Assembly (NCBI GenBank): GCA_038212275.1
Contig: JBBQUR010000008.1
Span: forward strand, 1-64,000
Source of the DNA: Planctomycetota bacterium
GTDB lineage: Bacteria; Planctomycetota; B15-G4
DNA: 64,000 nt
Reading direction: 5' to 3'
Shown here: positions 32,979 through 43,800 of the stretch, piece by piece
How the letters are laid out: every line of letters starts with the position of its first letter
How positions within the stretch are numbered: the stretch's first letter is position 1
The notes under the pieces: model-generated
The model's input: only the letters and a program-made list of their open reading frames with translations
The model's database searches: none
What the model was told of the DNA's origin: nothing
Made by a program: the position numbers and the translations under genes

Positions 32979-34169
32979 TCAGGATTCGAAGAACACGTCC
33001 ACGCGCTGGCGCGCGATGTCGAGCACGCAGCACACGGCCACGATGCTGGCCACGAGCGACGAGCCGCCGTACGACACGAAGGGCAGCGTCAGCCCCGTCA
33101 CGGGGAGCAGGCCCGTCGCGATGGCGAGGTTCACCAGCGCCTGGCCCCCGAGCAGCGCCGCCACGCCGACGCAGACCAGCCGCCCGAAGGGTTCGCGCGT
33201 GCGATACGCGACGGCGAGGATGGCGGCGAGCAGCCACGCATAGAGCAGCACCACCGTCGTCGTGCCGAGCAGTCCCCACTCCTCGCCGATGATCGCGAAG
33301 ATGAAGTCCGCGTGCCGCACGGACACGCCGTAGCTGCGGTTCTGCAGCCCTTGCCCCAGACCCTGGCCCGCCAGGCCGCCGCTACCGAGCGCCATCACGG
33401 AATAGAACTGCTGCCGGCCGATGCCGAGGCGCAGGCGCGAGATGTCCGCCTCGATCTCCTGCGCGGCCTCGTGCTGACGGTCCTGGCGCAGCTCGCGCGC
33501 CTCGTCCATGAGCGCGGGGATCGGGCGCAGCCAGGAATCGAGGCGCTGGCGCTGGTAGTCGCGCAGCACGCCCGGCACGAAGTACGCCGCCGGCAGCAGC
33601 ACCGCGACGGCGCCCGCCAGCAGCAGGACGTGCGCCAGGCGCGCGCCGCTCACCGTGACCAGCGCGACGAAGATGGGCAGCATGACCATCGCGCTGCCGA
33701 GGTCGGGCTGACGCACGACGAAGTACCACGGCACCGCGGTGATGAGGAAGGGCCCCGCGTAGCTGGCCCACGTGTCGGTGACGCCGCGGTGCTGCAGGTG
33801 CCGCGCGAGGACGAGGATGAGCCCCAGCTTCATGAGCTCCGAAGGCTGCAGTTTGAAGCCGAAACCCAGCGAGATCCAGCTGTCCGTGCCGTTGCTGCCG
33901 TCGGACAGCAGCGGCATTGCCATGAGCAGCGCGAGCAGCCCGAGATAGGCGGGCCACGCGAGCCCGGCGAGCTGCCGCACGCCGAGGCGCATGACAGCGA
34001 GGCCGATGGCCAGGCCCGCGGCCACCGAGATCAGCTGGCGCCCCGCGAGCGGCGTGGCATTGTCGTGCGTCGTGCTCCACACGAAGGCGACGCCGATCGC
34101 CGTGAGCAGCAGTGCAGGGAGCGCCACGCTGAAGGCGATCTGGCTTGCCAGCGAGTGGTCTCGGCTCAT
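32979..34169 (-). CDS. rodA: SEDS peptidoglycan glycosyltransferase RodA
   Basis: QPSELMK, QPDLG, ALGSGG..GQG, HADFIFAIIGEEWG, PVTGLTLPFVSYGGSS; downstream of pbp2. Confidence 0.9.
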   Translation of the reverse strand: MSRDHSLASQIAFSVALPALLLTAIGVAFVWSTTHDNATPLAGRQLISVAAGLAIGLAVMRLGVRQLAGLAWPAYLGLLALLMAMPLLSDGSNGTDSWISLGFGFKLQPSELMKLGLILVLARHLQHRGVTDTWASYAGPFLITAVPWYFVVRQPDLGSAMVMLPIFVALVTVSGARLAHVLLLAGAVAVLLPAAYFVPGVLRDYQRQRLDSWLRPIPALMDEARELRQDRQHEAAQEIEADISRLRLGIGRQQFYSVMALGSGGLAGQGLGQGLQNRSYGVSVRHADFIFAIIGEEWGLLGTTTVVLLYAWLLAAILAVAYRTREPFGRLVCVGVAALLGGQALVNLAIATGLLPVTGLTLPFVSYGGSSLVASIVAVCCVLDIARQRVDVFFES

Positions 34170-36568
34170 GGTTGCGACACCCGCAGCAGCTCGTCGTGCA
34201 CCGCGCCGCTGGCCAGCAGCTCGTTGAGCACCGGCACGCAGGCATCGCCGCCGTGCCGGCCGGTGTGCTCGAGGAGAATCGCGAAGGCGAGCCGCGGCCG
34301 CTCGCGCGGCATGTAGCCGGCGATCCAGCTGTGGTCCGGCTTGCCTCCCACCTGCGCCGTGCCGGTCTTGGCCGCGATGGTGAGCCGCGAGAGGTCCGCC
34401 GGCAGCGCCACGTCGTGTGCCGTGCCGCGTGAGCTGTCCACGACGCTGGCCAGTCCGTCGCGCACGATGGCCAGCGCGGCGGCGCTGTACGGCAGGGGGC
34501 GCGCGGCGCGCGGCGGCAGCGCGCCGTAGCCTTCCACTGCCGCGATGAGAGACGGCGGCCGCAGCTCGCCCGTGCCGACCGCCGCGAAGGCGACCGCGAT
34601 CTGCAGCGGCGTCACGTCGTCCAGCGCCGACTGCCCGATCCCGAGGCGCGCCGTCTCGAGCCGCGACAGCGGACCCGCGCGCGGTGCCAGCGAGGACTCG
34701 CGCACGCCGGACGCGGTCGTGATGCCGTAGGCCGCCAGCACCTCGTTGCCGGACAGCAGGCCCGTCGGCCGATCGAGCCCGAACGTGGACACTGTGTCGC
34801 GCAGCACGTCGGCTCCCAGGCGCTCCGCGAGGTGATAGAACCAGATGTTGCACGACTGCGCGAGTGCGTGATTCACGTCGATGTCGTGGTGCAGTCCGGT
34901 GCAGCCCAGCTCGGTCTCGCCGAAGGACAGCTTGCGCTCGCAGTCGAAGGTCGTGTCCGCCGACACGACGCCGAGCGTCAGGCCTGCCAGCGCCGCGAGC
35001 GGTTTGAAGGTGGAGCCCGGCGGCGGCAGGTTGCCGCTGGCGCCGGGGCCGAGGCAGCGATTGCAGAGCAGTCCCAGCCGGTGGCTGTCGCTCAGCAGCG
35101 TGCCGTAGGACTCCGTGAGTTGCGCGCGCGTCGGGCGCGGCGAGGTGGCGAGCGCCAGCACGCCGCCGGTCTGAGGATCGAGCAGCACGATCGCGCCGGG
35201 CCAGGCCGAGGGTCGCCCGAAGTCGTCGTTGCCCATCTCGCCCGCCTGGAAATGCTCCAGCGCGCTCTCCGCGGCGCGCTGCATCGCCATGTCCAGCGTC
35301 AGCGTGACGTTGAGGCCGCGCTGCGGCGGCACGGACTCCACGCGGCCGCCTTCCTCGCCGTCGGCGAGCGGCGTCGTCGCGATCCAGCCGCGCTTGCCGC
35401 GCAGCAGCGGCTCGAGCGCGGACTCCAGGCCGAGCCGGCCGAAGTCATCCTGCACGTCGTAGTCGATTTCGCGCACGCGGATGCGCAGCGTCTCGAACTC
35501 CTCCATCTCGGCGTCGGTCGGATCCTCGAGACTGGCGAGGTCGGCGAGACGCAGCCGGTCGCGGTCGCCCGCCTCGGTGCTGCGCGTGTCGGCCGCGCCC
35601 AGCGTGCCGATGAGCAGCGGCGCGACGTCGGCCGCGGCTTCCGGATACACGCGGCGGCGATTGCTGCCCACCGTGAAGCCGGGCAGTTGCTGCCCGCGGA
35701 TCGCGACGAGCGTCTGGCAGGCGTAGGACACGCGCTGCAAGAGCAGCGCCGACACGTTGTCCTGCTCGGCGTGCATCGAGCGGCTGCGGCCGAAGGGATC
35801 TTCATCCGGAGGATTGCGCGCGAGCCGCGCCTCCACTTGCGCATCGTTGCCCGCGATGACGGCGTCCATCGCGCCGCACAGCGTGGACAGGCTGCAGCCC
35901 GCGGCGTCCGCCAGGTCGCCCAGCGCGCGGCGCTGACCGGCGGCGAGCGCCTCCGCGCGCGCGCGGCCTTCGACAAAACCGGGCAGTTCGCCCAGCGTCG
36001 GCGAGCCGGCGCTGCGCACGGAGGACGAGCCGCGCGCGGGCGGCAGCTGCCCGGCGCCCGCCCCCGCCGCACCGGACGGCTGCGACGAGAGCGCGGAGGT
36101 CAGTGACGCGGCGAAGGTCTCGCCCAGCAAGCCCTTCAGAAAGGTGCGCGCGTCGAGCTGCCGCTGGCGCGGCTGCACCGCGACGAGGGCAGACACCGGC
36201 AGCGTGGCGAGGTCCGACAGGTCGGCGGGCAGCTCGTCGAGCAGCGCGCGCGTCGTTCGCCGTTCGCCGTCGAGCAGCCAGAGCAACGCGCCCAATTGTC
36301 CGGCGGCCGCGCCGCGTTTCCAGTGGCGCCAGTCGCGGAAGCGGAAGCGCAGGTCGCGCACCTCTTCGGTGCGCGCGAAGGGCTCGCCGTTGCGGTCGAG
36401 GATCCAGCCGCGCTCGAAGGGCAGCGCTTCGAAGGTCATCGTGGTGCGCTGGCTCTCGGCCCCCCAGACGGATGCCTGCAGCACCTGCAGCTTGACGAGC
36501 CGCCACTGCAGCGCCGCGAACCCGGCGAGCAGCACCGTGAGCACGACGAGCACGCGCTGCCGCCTCAC
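34166..36568 (-). CDS. mrdA: Class B penicillin-binding protein (PBP2/MrdA-like)
   Basis: N-terminal TM, RGWILDRNG, RVYP, GLE, SxxK (GSTFK), SxN (SCN), KTG; GTGA overlap with mreD. Confidence 0.88.
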   Translation of the reverse strand: MRRQRVLVVLTVLLAGFAALQWRLVKLQVLQASVWGAESQRTTMTFEALPFERGWILDRNGEPFARTEEVRDLRFRFRDWRHWKRGAAAGQLGALLWLLDGERRTTRALLDELPADLSDLATLPVSALVAVQPRQRQLDARTFLKGLLGETFAASLTSALSSQPSGAAGAGAGQLPPARGSSSVRSAGSPTLGELPGFVEGRARAEALAAGQRRALGDLADAAGCSLSTLCGAMDAVIAGNDAQVEARLARNPPDEDPFGRSRSMHAEQDNVSALLLQRVSYACQTLVAIRGQQLPGFTVGSNRRRVYPEAAADVAPLLIGTLGAADTRSTEAGDRDRLRLADLASLEDPTDAEMEEFETLRIRVREIDYDVQDDFGRLGLESALEPLLRGKRGWIATTPLADGEEGGRVESVPPQRGLNVTLTLDMAMQRAAESALEHFQAGEMGNDDFGRPSAWPGAIVLLDPQTGGVLALATSPRPTRAQLTESYGTLLSDSHRLGLLCNRCLGPGASGNLPPPGSTFKPLAALAGLTLGVVSADTTFDCERKLSFGETELGCTGLHHDIDVNHALAQSCNIWFYHLAERLGADVLRDTVSTFGLDRPTGLLSGNEVLAAYGITTASGVRESSLAPRAGPLSRLETARLGIGQSALDDVTPLQIAVAFAAVGTGELRPPSLIAAVEGYGALPPRAARPLPYSAAALAIVRDGLASVVDSSRGTAHDVALPADLSRLTIAAKTGTAQVGGKPDHSWIAGYMPRERPRLAFAILLEHTGRHGGDACVPVLNELLASGAVHDELLRVSQP

Positions 36569-37020
36569 AGGCGCCTCCGCGCCGTGCGGCCCGCGCGTCG
36601 CAGCAGGCCGGCGCAGGGCAGCACGCACAGCGCGCCGACGAGCAGCGGCAGCCCCGCGGTGACCGGCGTGCCGAAGGAGGCGCGCAGCACCCACGCACTG
36701 CCGCAGAAGGCCAGCGCCGCGAGCAGCGCCGCGAAGAGCTGGCCCGACGGCTTGTCGCGCTCGAAGGCCTCGCGCTGGCTGGCGACGAGGGCGAGCGCGA
36801 GCCAGACGCAGAGCACGTGCGCGCCGGCGCTCTCGGTGTGCAGCACGCCGCGCGACCAGCCCAGCGCCAGCGCCGCGAACGGCAGCGAGGCCGCCGGCCA
36901 GAACAGCGCCGCATAGGCCGCCACGACGATGAAGGGATCGGGCAGCCAGGCGCCGACCCACGCGACGCTGAAGGCGTGCAGCTGGCCGAGCCCGAGCGTG
37001 ATGAGTATGAGGCCGATCAT
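36565..37020 (-). CDS. mreD: Rod shape-determining protein MreD-like
   Basis: 151-aa polytopic membrane protein with early PD motif, between mreC and pbp2. Confidence 0.65.
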   Translation of the reverse strand: MIGLILITLGLGQLHAFSVAWVGAWLPDPFIVVAAYAALFWPAASLPFAALALGWSRGVLHTESAGAHVLCVWLALALVASQREAFERDKPSGQLFAALLAALAFCGSAWVLRASFGTPVTAGLPLLVGALCVLPCAGLLRRAGRTARRRL

Positions 37021-37024
37021 GCGC

Positions 37025-38251
37025 TCACGGCCCGATCACCGTGACGTCGAGGCGCGGGTCGGGGCGCAGGCGCTGCGCGACGATGCCGTCCCCGTCGAGG
37101 CCGGCCACGCGACCCGCGACGAGTCCGCCGGTGAACACGCTGCCCGTGGCGAGCAGGTCGCCGCGCGCGGGCTCCCAGTCCGAGGGCCAGCTCTCGCGCG
37201 CCTCGTCCGCCGCCACGACCTCGCCCGCCTGCGACATGACGAGCAGCGCGCCGCGCGGCACGTCCACCGACAGCAGCGACGAAAACGGCGCGACGACATC
37301 CACGACGCCGACGAAGAGATGCCCCTGCACGACCCAGTCGCCGCGCTGCACGCCGCGACGACTGCCGACGTCCAGGCGCAGGCGCGTGGCGCCGGCCGTC
37401 GAGCCCGAGAGGCGGGCGGTGGTCGCGCGCGCGGTGAGCGCGCTGCCGGGCGCAACCTCCAGCGCGGCGAGCGGCTGGCTGTACGGATCGAGCAGCGGCA
37501 CGAGCGGCGTCTCCGTGCCGCCGGCGTCCATCCAGCCGCCGCCGTGAAGCTCCGTGCCGCGATCACCCACGGCGCCGAGCAGGAGGCCAGCGGGCAGGTG
37601 ATCGCCCAGCGCGCTCACGTCGCGCGTGCTGACGAGCTGCCCCGGCACGGGCACGACGCGGCTCGACGCGCTGCCCATGTGCAGCGTGTGGCGCTGGCTC
37701 TCGGTCGGGCCGGCGTTCGAGCCGGAGACGAGCACCTCCACCGCACGCCCGCCCGGCGCCGCGCACCACTGCGCTGCGACTGGCCGCAGCGACGGCAGAC
37801 CCAGCAGCGACACGCTGGCGCGCAGCCCGTCGGCGGACAGCTCGCGCACGAAGCCGAGCAGCACGCCGCGGCACGACACGACCGCGCCCGGTTCGACGGC
37901 GGCGCTGCCCGCGCCGGCCGCCTCGCCTTGCGGCGCCGCGAGGAGCAGCTCGTGCTTCTCAGCGTCCGCGCCGAGCACCGGCACGAGCAGCGTTGTGCGC
38001 CCCGTCGCCGCGGCGAGCACCGTCCCCAGCACGGCCTTGCCGTGGGCATGGAAGGCGCGCGCTGCCGGCTCGGCCAGCGTGTCGATCCACTCACGATCTT
38101 CCTGCGCGGGCAGCAGATCCGTGAGCAGGCCGTCCAGCGGGATGAGCGCTGGCGCCAGCCACTCCTCGGCGGAGCGCACGGGCCCCACGCCGATGAGCGA
38201 CAGCACACACGCGATGGCCACGGCCCCGCCAGCCCAGCGATTCTTGCCCAT
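37025..38251 (-). CDS. mreC: Divergent MreC-like protein with two MreC-type modules
   Basis: Position after mreB; VEPGAVV..GVLLGFV...LPAGLLLGAV and LDVGSRRGVQRGDWVV..FVGVV...FTGGLVAGRV. Confidence 0.65.
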   Translation of the reverse strand: MGKNRWAGGAVAIACVLSLIGVGPVRSAEEWLAPALIPLDGLLTDLLPAQEDREWIDTLAEPAARAFHAHGKAVLGTVLAAATGRTTLLVPVLGADAEKHELLLAAPQGEAAGAGSAAVEPGAVVSCRGVLLGFVRELSADGLRASVSLLGLPSLRPVAAQWCAAPGGRAVEVLVSGSNAGPTESQRHTLHMGSASSRVVPVPGQLVSTRDVSALGDHLPAGLLLGAVGDRGTELHGGGWMDAGGTETPLVPLLDPYSQPLAALEVAPGSALTARATTARLSGSTAGATRLRLDVGSRRGVQRGDWVVQGHLFVGVVDVVAPFSSLLSVDVPRGALLVMSQAGEVVAADEARESWPSDWEPARGDLLATGSVFTGGLVAGRVAGLDGDGIVAQRLRPDPRLDVTVIGP

Positions 38252-38295
38252 GATCTGCCCCGCACCGCCGCCTCAGCGCCGCGCGGCGTCGTGTC

Positions 38296-39351
38296 TCAGG
38301 CCGCGTCCTCTCCGGAATCGAGCACACGGCTGTAGAGGTCGAGCTGGTTGAGGAACTCGCCCGTGCCGCGCGCGACGCAGGAGAGCGGATCGGCCGCCGT
38401 GCGCACGGGCAGCTGCACTTCCTGCTCGATGACCTGCGCGATGCCGCGCAGCAGCGCGCCACCGCCGGCCATGATGATGCCCTGCTGCACGAGGTCCGCC
38501 GCCAGTTCGGGCGGCGTGTGCTCGAGCGTGGAGCGAATGGCCTGCACGATGGACATGATCGGCTCGAGCAGCGCTTCGCGGATCTCCACCGAGGAGACCA
38601 TCGTGCGGCGCGGCAGGCCGATCATCATGTCGCGGCCGGCGACCTCGATCTCCAGCTCCTTCTCGAGCGGCGCGGCCGAGCCGATGGCCATCTTGATGCG
38701 CTCGGCCGTCTGATCGCCGATGAGCAGGTTGTAGTTGCGGCGCATGTAGTTGACGATCGCCTCGTCCATCTCGTCGCCGGCGATGCGGATGGACTCGCAG
38801 TGCACGAGGCCGAAGAGCGACATGACGGCCACCTCGGTCGTGCCGCCGCCGATGTCCACGATCATGCTGGCCAGCGGGTCGGCCACGGGCAGGCCCGCGC
38901 CGATGCCGGCCGCCATGGGCTCGGCCACGAGGTAGACCTTGCGGGCGCCGGCGCGCTCCGCGCTGTTGATGACCGCGCGGCGCTCGACCGCGGTGATGCC
39001 GGACGGAATGGCGATGACCACGCGCGGCCGCACCATGAAGGTGCGGTTGTGCACCTTGCGGATGAAGTAGCGCAGCATCTTCTCGGTGATCTCGAAGTCG
39101 GCGATCACGCCGTTCTTCAGCGGGCGGATGGCCTGGATGTTGCCCGGCGTCTTGCCGAGCATCTCCTTGGCCGCGAGGCCTACTGCATCACCGTCGAGCA
39201 GCACCTCGTTGGTGCCCTTGCGCACCGCCACCACCGACGGCTCGTTGAGCACGATGCCCTCGTTGGGGATGCACACCAGCGTGTTCGCGGTGCCGAGATC
39301 GATCCCCATGTCGATCGAGAACTTGCCGATCATCCATTCGTACGCCTTCAT
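38296..39351 (-). CDS. mreB: Rod shape-determining actin-like ATPase MreB
   Basis: DMGIDLGTANTL, NEPSVVA, IRPLKNGVIADF, VDIGGGTTEVAV, TPPELAAD, GGGALLRG. Confidence 0.97.
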   Translation of the reverse strand: MKAYEWMIGKFSIDMGIDLGTANTLVCIPNEGIVLNEPSVVAVRKGTNEVLLDGDAVGLAAKEMLGKTPGNIQAIRPLKNGVIADFEITEKMLRYFIRKVHNRTFMVRPRVVIAIPSGITAVERRAVINSAERAGARKVYLVAEPMAAGIGAGLPVADPLASMIVDIGGGTTEVAVMSLFGLVHCESIRIAGDEMDEAIVNYMRRNYNLLIGDQTAERIKMAIGSAAPLEKELEIEVAGRDMMIGLPRRTMVSSVEIREALLEPIMSIVQAIRSTLEHTPPELAADLVQQGIIMAGGGALLRGIAQVIEQEVQLPVRTAADPLSCVARGTGEFLNQLDLYSRVLDSGEDAA

Positions 39352-39702
39352 CGATTCCACTCCCTTTGCGGACCCCGTGCGCGACGGGCCGAGCGGCACC
39401 GGGAACGATGCGGCGCCGCGCGACCCGGCCGGTGATCCGACCGCCGTCTGTTGTTGCAGACCCCCCCAGTTGCCATCTCCTCAGGAAGCCCACACCCGGC
39501 CCTGGCCCCGCGGGAGACCCGCAAAACCCCGGCCAGCCATGGCTCCTGCGAGCCGAAGCGGTCCGGAAGCGATTGGACCAGCGCGTCAAGACAGCCCGAA
39601 ACGGAATGCCCGCAAAGACTTCCGGCGATGTGACGCGAGTGGCTCAAATGAACCACTCGCGAACAGCCCCCCCGCGGCCCGACTGCCGGCTGCGCGCCCC
39701 GT

Positions 39703-40020
39703 TCACCGGTGCGACGCGCGCAGCGAGGGATGCTGCCGCGTGATCCACGCCTCGACGACGGATCGAAGCTGCCTCGCCCGCCGACGCAACTCCTCGGAGT
39801 CCGCCCGCGACACGGCGATCGACGGTCCGGACATCACGTCGTTCCGGAGGTCGCGGCAGCGATCGAAGTAGGCCGCGAGTGCAGCCACCTCCGGACCGAT
39901 GGCCACTTCCAAGGCTCGAAATATCCAGTCGTGAGCCCCGGACCCGCTCCTCAGTCGGTATCCCGAGGTGCGGACGGCCAGGACGGCGGTGCGCCGAGCG
40001 GCGTCATAGGCGTGGCCGGC
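39703..40020 (-). pseudogene. 5'-truncated HEPN-domain gene remnant
   Basis: HAYDAARRTAVLAVRTSGYR..GAH...YFDRCRDLRND...VEAWITRQHPSL; no in-frame ATG/GTG/TTG between the upstream in-frame TGA and the AYDAA motif. Confidence 0.55.
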
Positions 40021-40042
40021 ACGGCGCGGGAGGCCTCCGCGT

Positions 40043-40750
40043 TCATCGCACGGGATTCGCGACCTCGCCGGGCCCAGAAGGCGCCAGGTCAGCGCGAGGC
40101 TCCAGCCCCGGCATCCCGTAGTCGAGCTGGGCCATCATCTCGCGCAGGACGGCCACGCACGTGCCGAAGCCGGGATGATCGGCATCGCCGCCGATGCTGT
40201 GCACGCCCCAGCACGGATCGGAGGCGCTGAAGATACGCCCGTCATGCGTCCTGATGAGGATCTTCACGGACGCGATGTCGAAGCAGCTGCTCAGGCTGCC
40301 GCTCGCGACGCGGAAGTAGCCGGTGCCCAGCACGCGGGCGAGCGCCCGCTCCCACGTGGGAGAGTAGAGGTCGCACGAGTCCACGCGCTCCTGTCCCGCG
40401 GGAAGGTCGGGGGAGGTGGTGCGACGTACGACGTGACCGTCCGCCCCGAAGCTGGTCGTGATGGACAGCATCGAGAAGCCGCCGAAGAACTCCATGAACT
40501 CCAGGCTGTCCACGTCGGCGACGGCCGGCTCATCGCCGGTGGGCGCGACATGGCAGGCCGCACAACCCCAGGCATCGGGGCCCGGCAGGCCCTTCTCGAA
40601 GGCCGCCACCTCGCGGACGGCGCGCTCAGACAGGCGTGGAGGCTTCGGCGCTTCGGGTGCGCACGAGCCGAGCGCCAACGCGCCGATGCAGAGGGCGCGG
40701 CGCACGGCCAGCCACCGCCGCTGCGCGTTCGATGTGAGTTGCTGTGTCAT
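40043..40750 (-). CDS. Hypothetical lipoprotein with a single CxxCH motif
   Basis: Lipobox LGSC; CAACH; start uncertain (40750 or 40759). Confidence 0.55.
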   Translation of the reverse strand: MTQQLTSNAQRRWLAVRRALCIGALALGSCAPEAPKPPRLSERAVREVAAFEKGLPGPDAWGCAACHVAPTGDEPAVADVDSLEFMEFFGGFSMLSITTSFGADGHVVRRTTSPDLPAGQERVDSCDLYSPTWERALARVLGTGYFRVASGSLSSCFDIASVKILIRTHDGRIFSASDPCWGVHSIGGDADHPGFGTCVAVLREMMAQLDYGMPGLEPRADLAPSGPGEVANPVR

Positions 40751-40878
40751 GCGGCGCATTTCCTTCAGGAGTGGGCCACCAAGGACAGGTCCGCGGCCAG
40801 GCCGGAACGGCAGGCCCCGCGTGCTTGTCCATCCATGACTCCCGGCGATCGCGCCCCTCCAACCACCGGCCGCTCGCA

Positions 40879-43800
40879 TCATTCCGGCGAACTGGCGGTC
40901 CCCGGCACGATACCCGTCGATGCGCCCCTTGTCGCCGATGACGGCCCGTGTGCCACGGCACCGGTGGCCGTTGCTCCGTGCACGACGTCACCCGTGGCGG
41001 CCGCCGCGGGCACGGCTGCGCCGTGCGCGGCGCGCCTGCCGAAGCGATGCGCCAGTCCATCCATGAGCACGTAGATCACCGGCGTGACGTAGAGCGTCAC
41101 GATCTGCGAGAAGAGCAGGCCGCCGACGACGGCGAGGCCGAGCGGGCGGCGCGACTCGGCGCCGGCGCCGTAGCCCAGTGCGATCGGCAGCGTGCCCATG
41201 AGCGCGGCCATCGTGGTCATCATGATCGGGCGGAAGCGCACGATGCAGGCCTTGTAGATGGCCTCCGCAGCGGGCAGGCCGTCGTTGCGCTCGGCCTCCA
41301 CCGCGAAGTCCACCATCATGATGCCGTTCTTCTTCACGAGGCCGATGAGCAGGATCACGCCGACGAAGCCGTAGAGCGACAGCTCCACGCGGAAGAGCAT
41401 CAGCGTCGCGATCGCGCCGAAGCCGGCGAAGGGCAGCGCGGAGAGAATGGTCAGCGGGTGGATGAAGCTCTCGTACAGGATCCCGAGAATCAGATACATG
41501 ACCAGCACCGCCATGAGCAGCAGCATGCCCAGCCCCTGCAGCGACGACTCGAAGACCTGAGCCGTGCCCTGGAAGCTGGTGGAGATCTGCGGCGGCAGCA
41601 TGCGGCCCGCCAGCGCATCGACGGCCTTCACCGTGGGGCCGAGCGAGGTCCCCGGCGCCAGGTTGAACGAGACCGTCACGGCGGGCAGCTGCCCGAGGTG
41701 GTTCACCGTGAGCGGGCCGACGCCCGTCGTGCGCGTGGTCACCGCCGCCAGCGGCACGAGCTTGCCGGTGTTGGCGCGCACGTAGACCTGGTCGAGCCAT
41801 GACGGGTCCGCCTGGAACTCCGGCGCCAGCTCGAGGATGACCTGATAGGAATTCGTCGGCGCGTAGATCGTCGACACCTGCCGCGTGCCGAAGCAGTCGC
41901 TCAGCGTGAGCTGCACCTGCTCGGGCGTCACGCCCAGCGACGCGGCCCTGTCGCGGTCGATTTCCACCTGCAGCTGCGGGTTCTTGAGCTGCAGGTCGGT
42001 GCTGACGTCCTGCACGCCGGGCAGCGCGGCGATGGCGTCGGCCAGCGGCGGCACGTGCTCGATGAGCGGCGCGGTGTCCGTGGCCTGCAGCGTGTACTGG
42101 TACTGGCTCCGGGTCACCTGCCCGCCGATGCGGATGGGCGGCAGGCTCTGCGGATAGCAGCGCAGGCCGACGATCGTCGCGAAGCGGCCGCGCAGATCCT
42201 GGATGATCTCGGCGGCCGACTTGCTGCGTTCGTCGCGCGGCTTGAGGCGCAGGAAGAGCGAGCCGGTGTTCGTGGCCAGCGCCTGCGCCCCGCGCGCGCC
42301 GATGCTGGACATGAAGCCATCCACGTTCGGGTCGGCCTTCACGATGGCGGCGGCCTGAGCCTGCAGCGCCACCATCGCCTGGAAGGAGGTCCCCTCGGCG
42401 GCCTCGGTGGGCACGGAGATGCGGTTGGTGTCCTCGTCGGGCAAAAAACCCTTGGGAATCGCCTCGAACATGAACACCGTGGCGACGAGCACCGCCACCG
42501 AGAAGAGCAGCGTGAGCACGCGCCGGCGCAGCGCCCATTGCAGGCTGCGGTCGTAAACCGCAAGCATGGCATTCATGCCGCGCTCGGTCGCCCGGTACAT
42601 CCGGCCGTGCGTCTCCTCTTCCGGCGGGCGCAGGAAGCGGCTGCACAGCATCGGCGTGAGCGTCAGCGAGACGACGCCCGAGATGAGGATGGCCACCGCG
42701 ATGGTCACCGCGAATTCGTTGAGCAGCCGCCCCACGAGCCCGCCCATGAACAGCACCGGGATGAACACCGCCACCAGCGACACCGTCATCGACAGGATGG
42801 TGAAGCCGATCTCCCGGCTGCCCGCGATGGAGGCCTCCAGCGGCCCCTTGCCCAGCTCCATGTGCCGCACGATGTTCTCGAGCACGACGATCGCGTCGTC
42901 CACGACGAAGCCCACGCTGAGCGTGAGCGCGAGCAGCGAGAGATTGTCCACGCTGAAGCCGAGCACGTGCATCACGGCAAAGGTGCCGACGATGGAGAGC
43001 GGCATGGCGAGGCTGGGGATGAGCGTGGCGCGCGGGCTGCGCAGGAAGAGGAAGATGACCGCCACCACGAGCGCGAGCGTCAGCACGAGCGTGAACTTGA
43101 CCTCGTCCACCGAGTCGCGGATCGAGGCCGAGCGGTCGTACAGCGTCCGGATCGAGACCGATGCGGGCAGTACCGCGCGAAAGGAAGGCAGCAGCTGCTG
43201 CACGGCCTGCACGACCTCCACGGTGTTGGTGCCCGGCTGCCGCTGCACGGCGAGGATCATGCCGCGCTCGTCCGTGAACCACGCCGCGGTGCGGTCGTTC
43301 TCGACGCTGTCCACGACGTGGCCCAGCTCCTCCAGCCGCACGGGGTTGCCGTGGCGCCACGCGACGATGGCCGGCCGCCAGTCCGCCGCCTGCGGGAGCT
43401 GCCCGTTGCTTCGGATCGTGAAGGACTTGTCGGCGCCCTGCAGCAGGCCCGTGGGCCGGTTCACGTTGAGGTCCGCGACCGCCTGCGCCACCTCATCCAC
43501 GCCGAGGCCGCGCGAGGCCAGCTCGCGCGGGTCGAGCCGGATGCGCACGGCGTGCTTCTGCGCGCCGTAGACCTGCACCTGCGCCACGCCGTTGATCATC
43601 GAGATGCGCTGGCTCATCAGCGTCTCGGCGTATTCGTCGAGCACGGACAGCGGCAGCGTGGGCGAGGTCACCGCGAGGTAGAGCACCGGCGAGTCGGCCG
43701 GATTCACCTTCTTGTAGCTGGGCGGCGTCGGCATCTCCTGCGGCAGCTCGCGACCGGCGCGCGAGATGGCGGCCTGCACGTCCTGCGCGGCCGCGTCGAT

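Noticed and set aside
39352..39700. sigma70 promoter for mreB (TTGACG near 39589 on minus)
   Set aside because: No -10 hexamer at 16-18 bp spacing.
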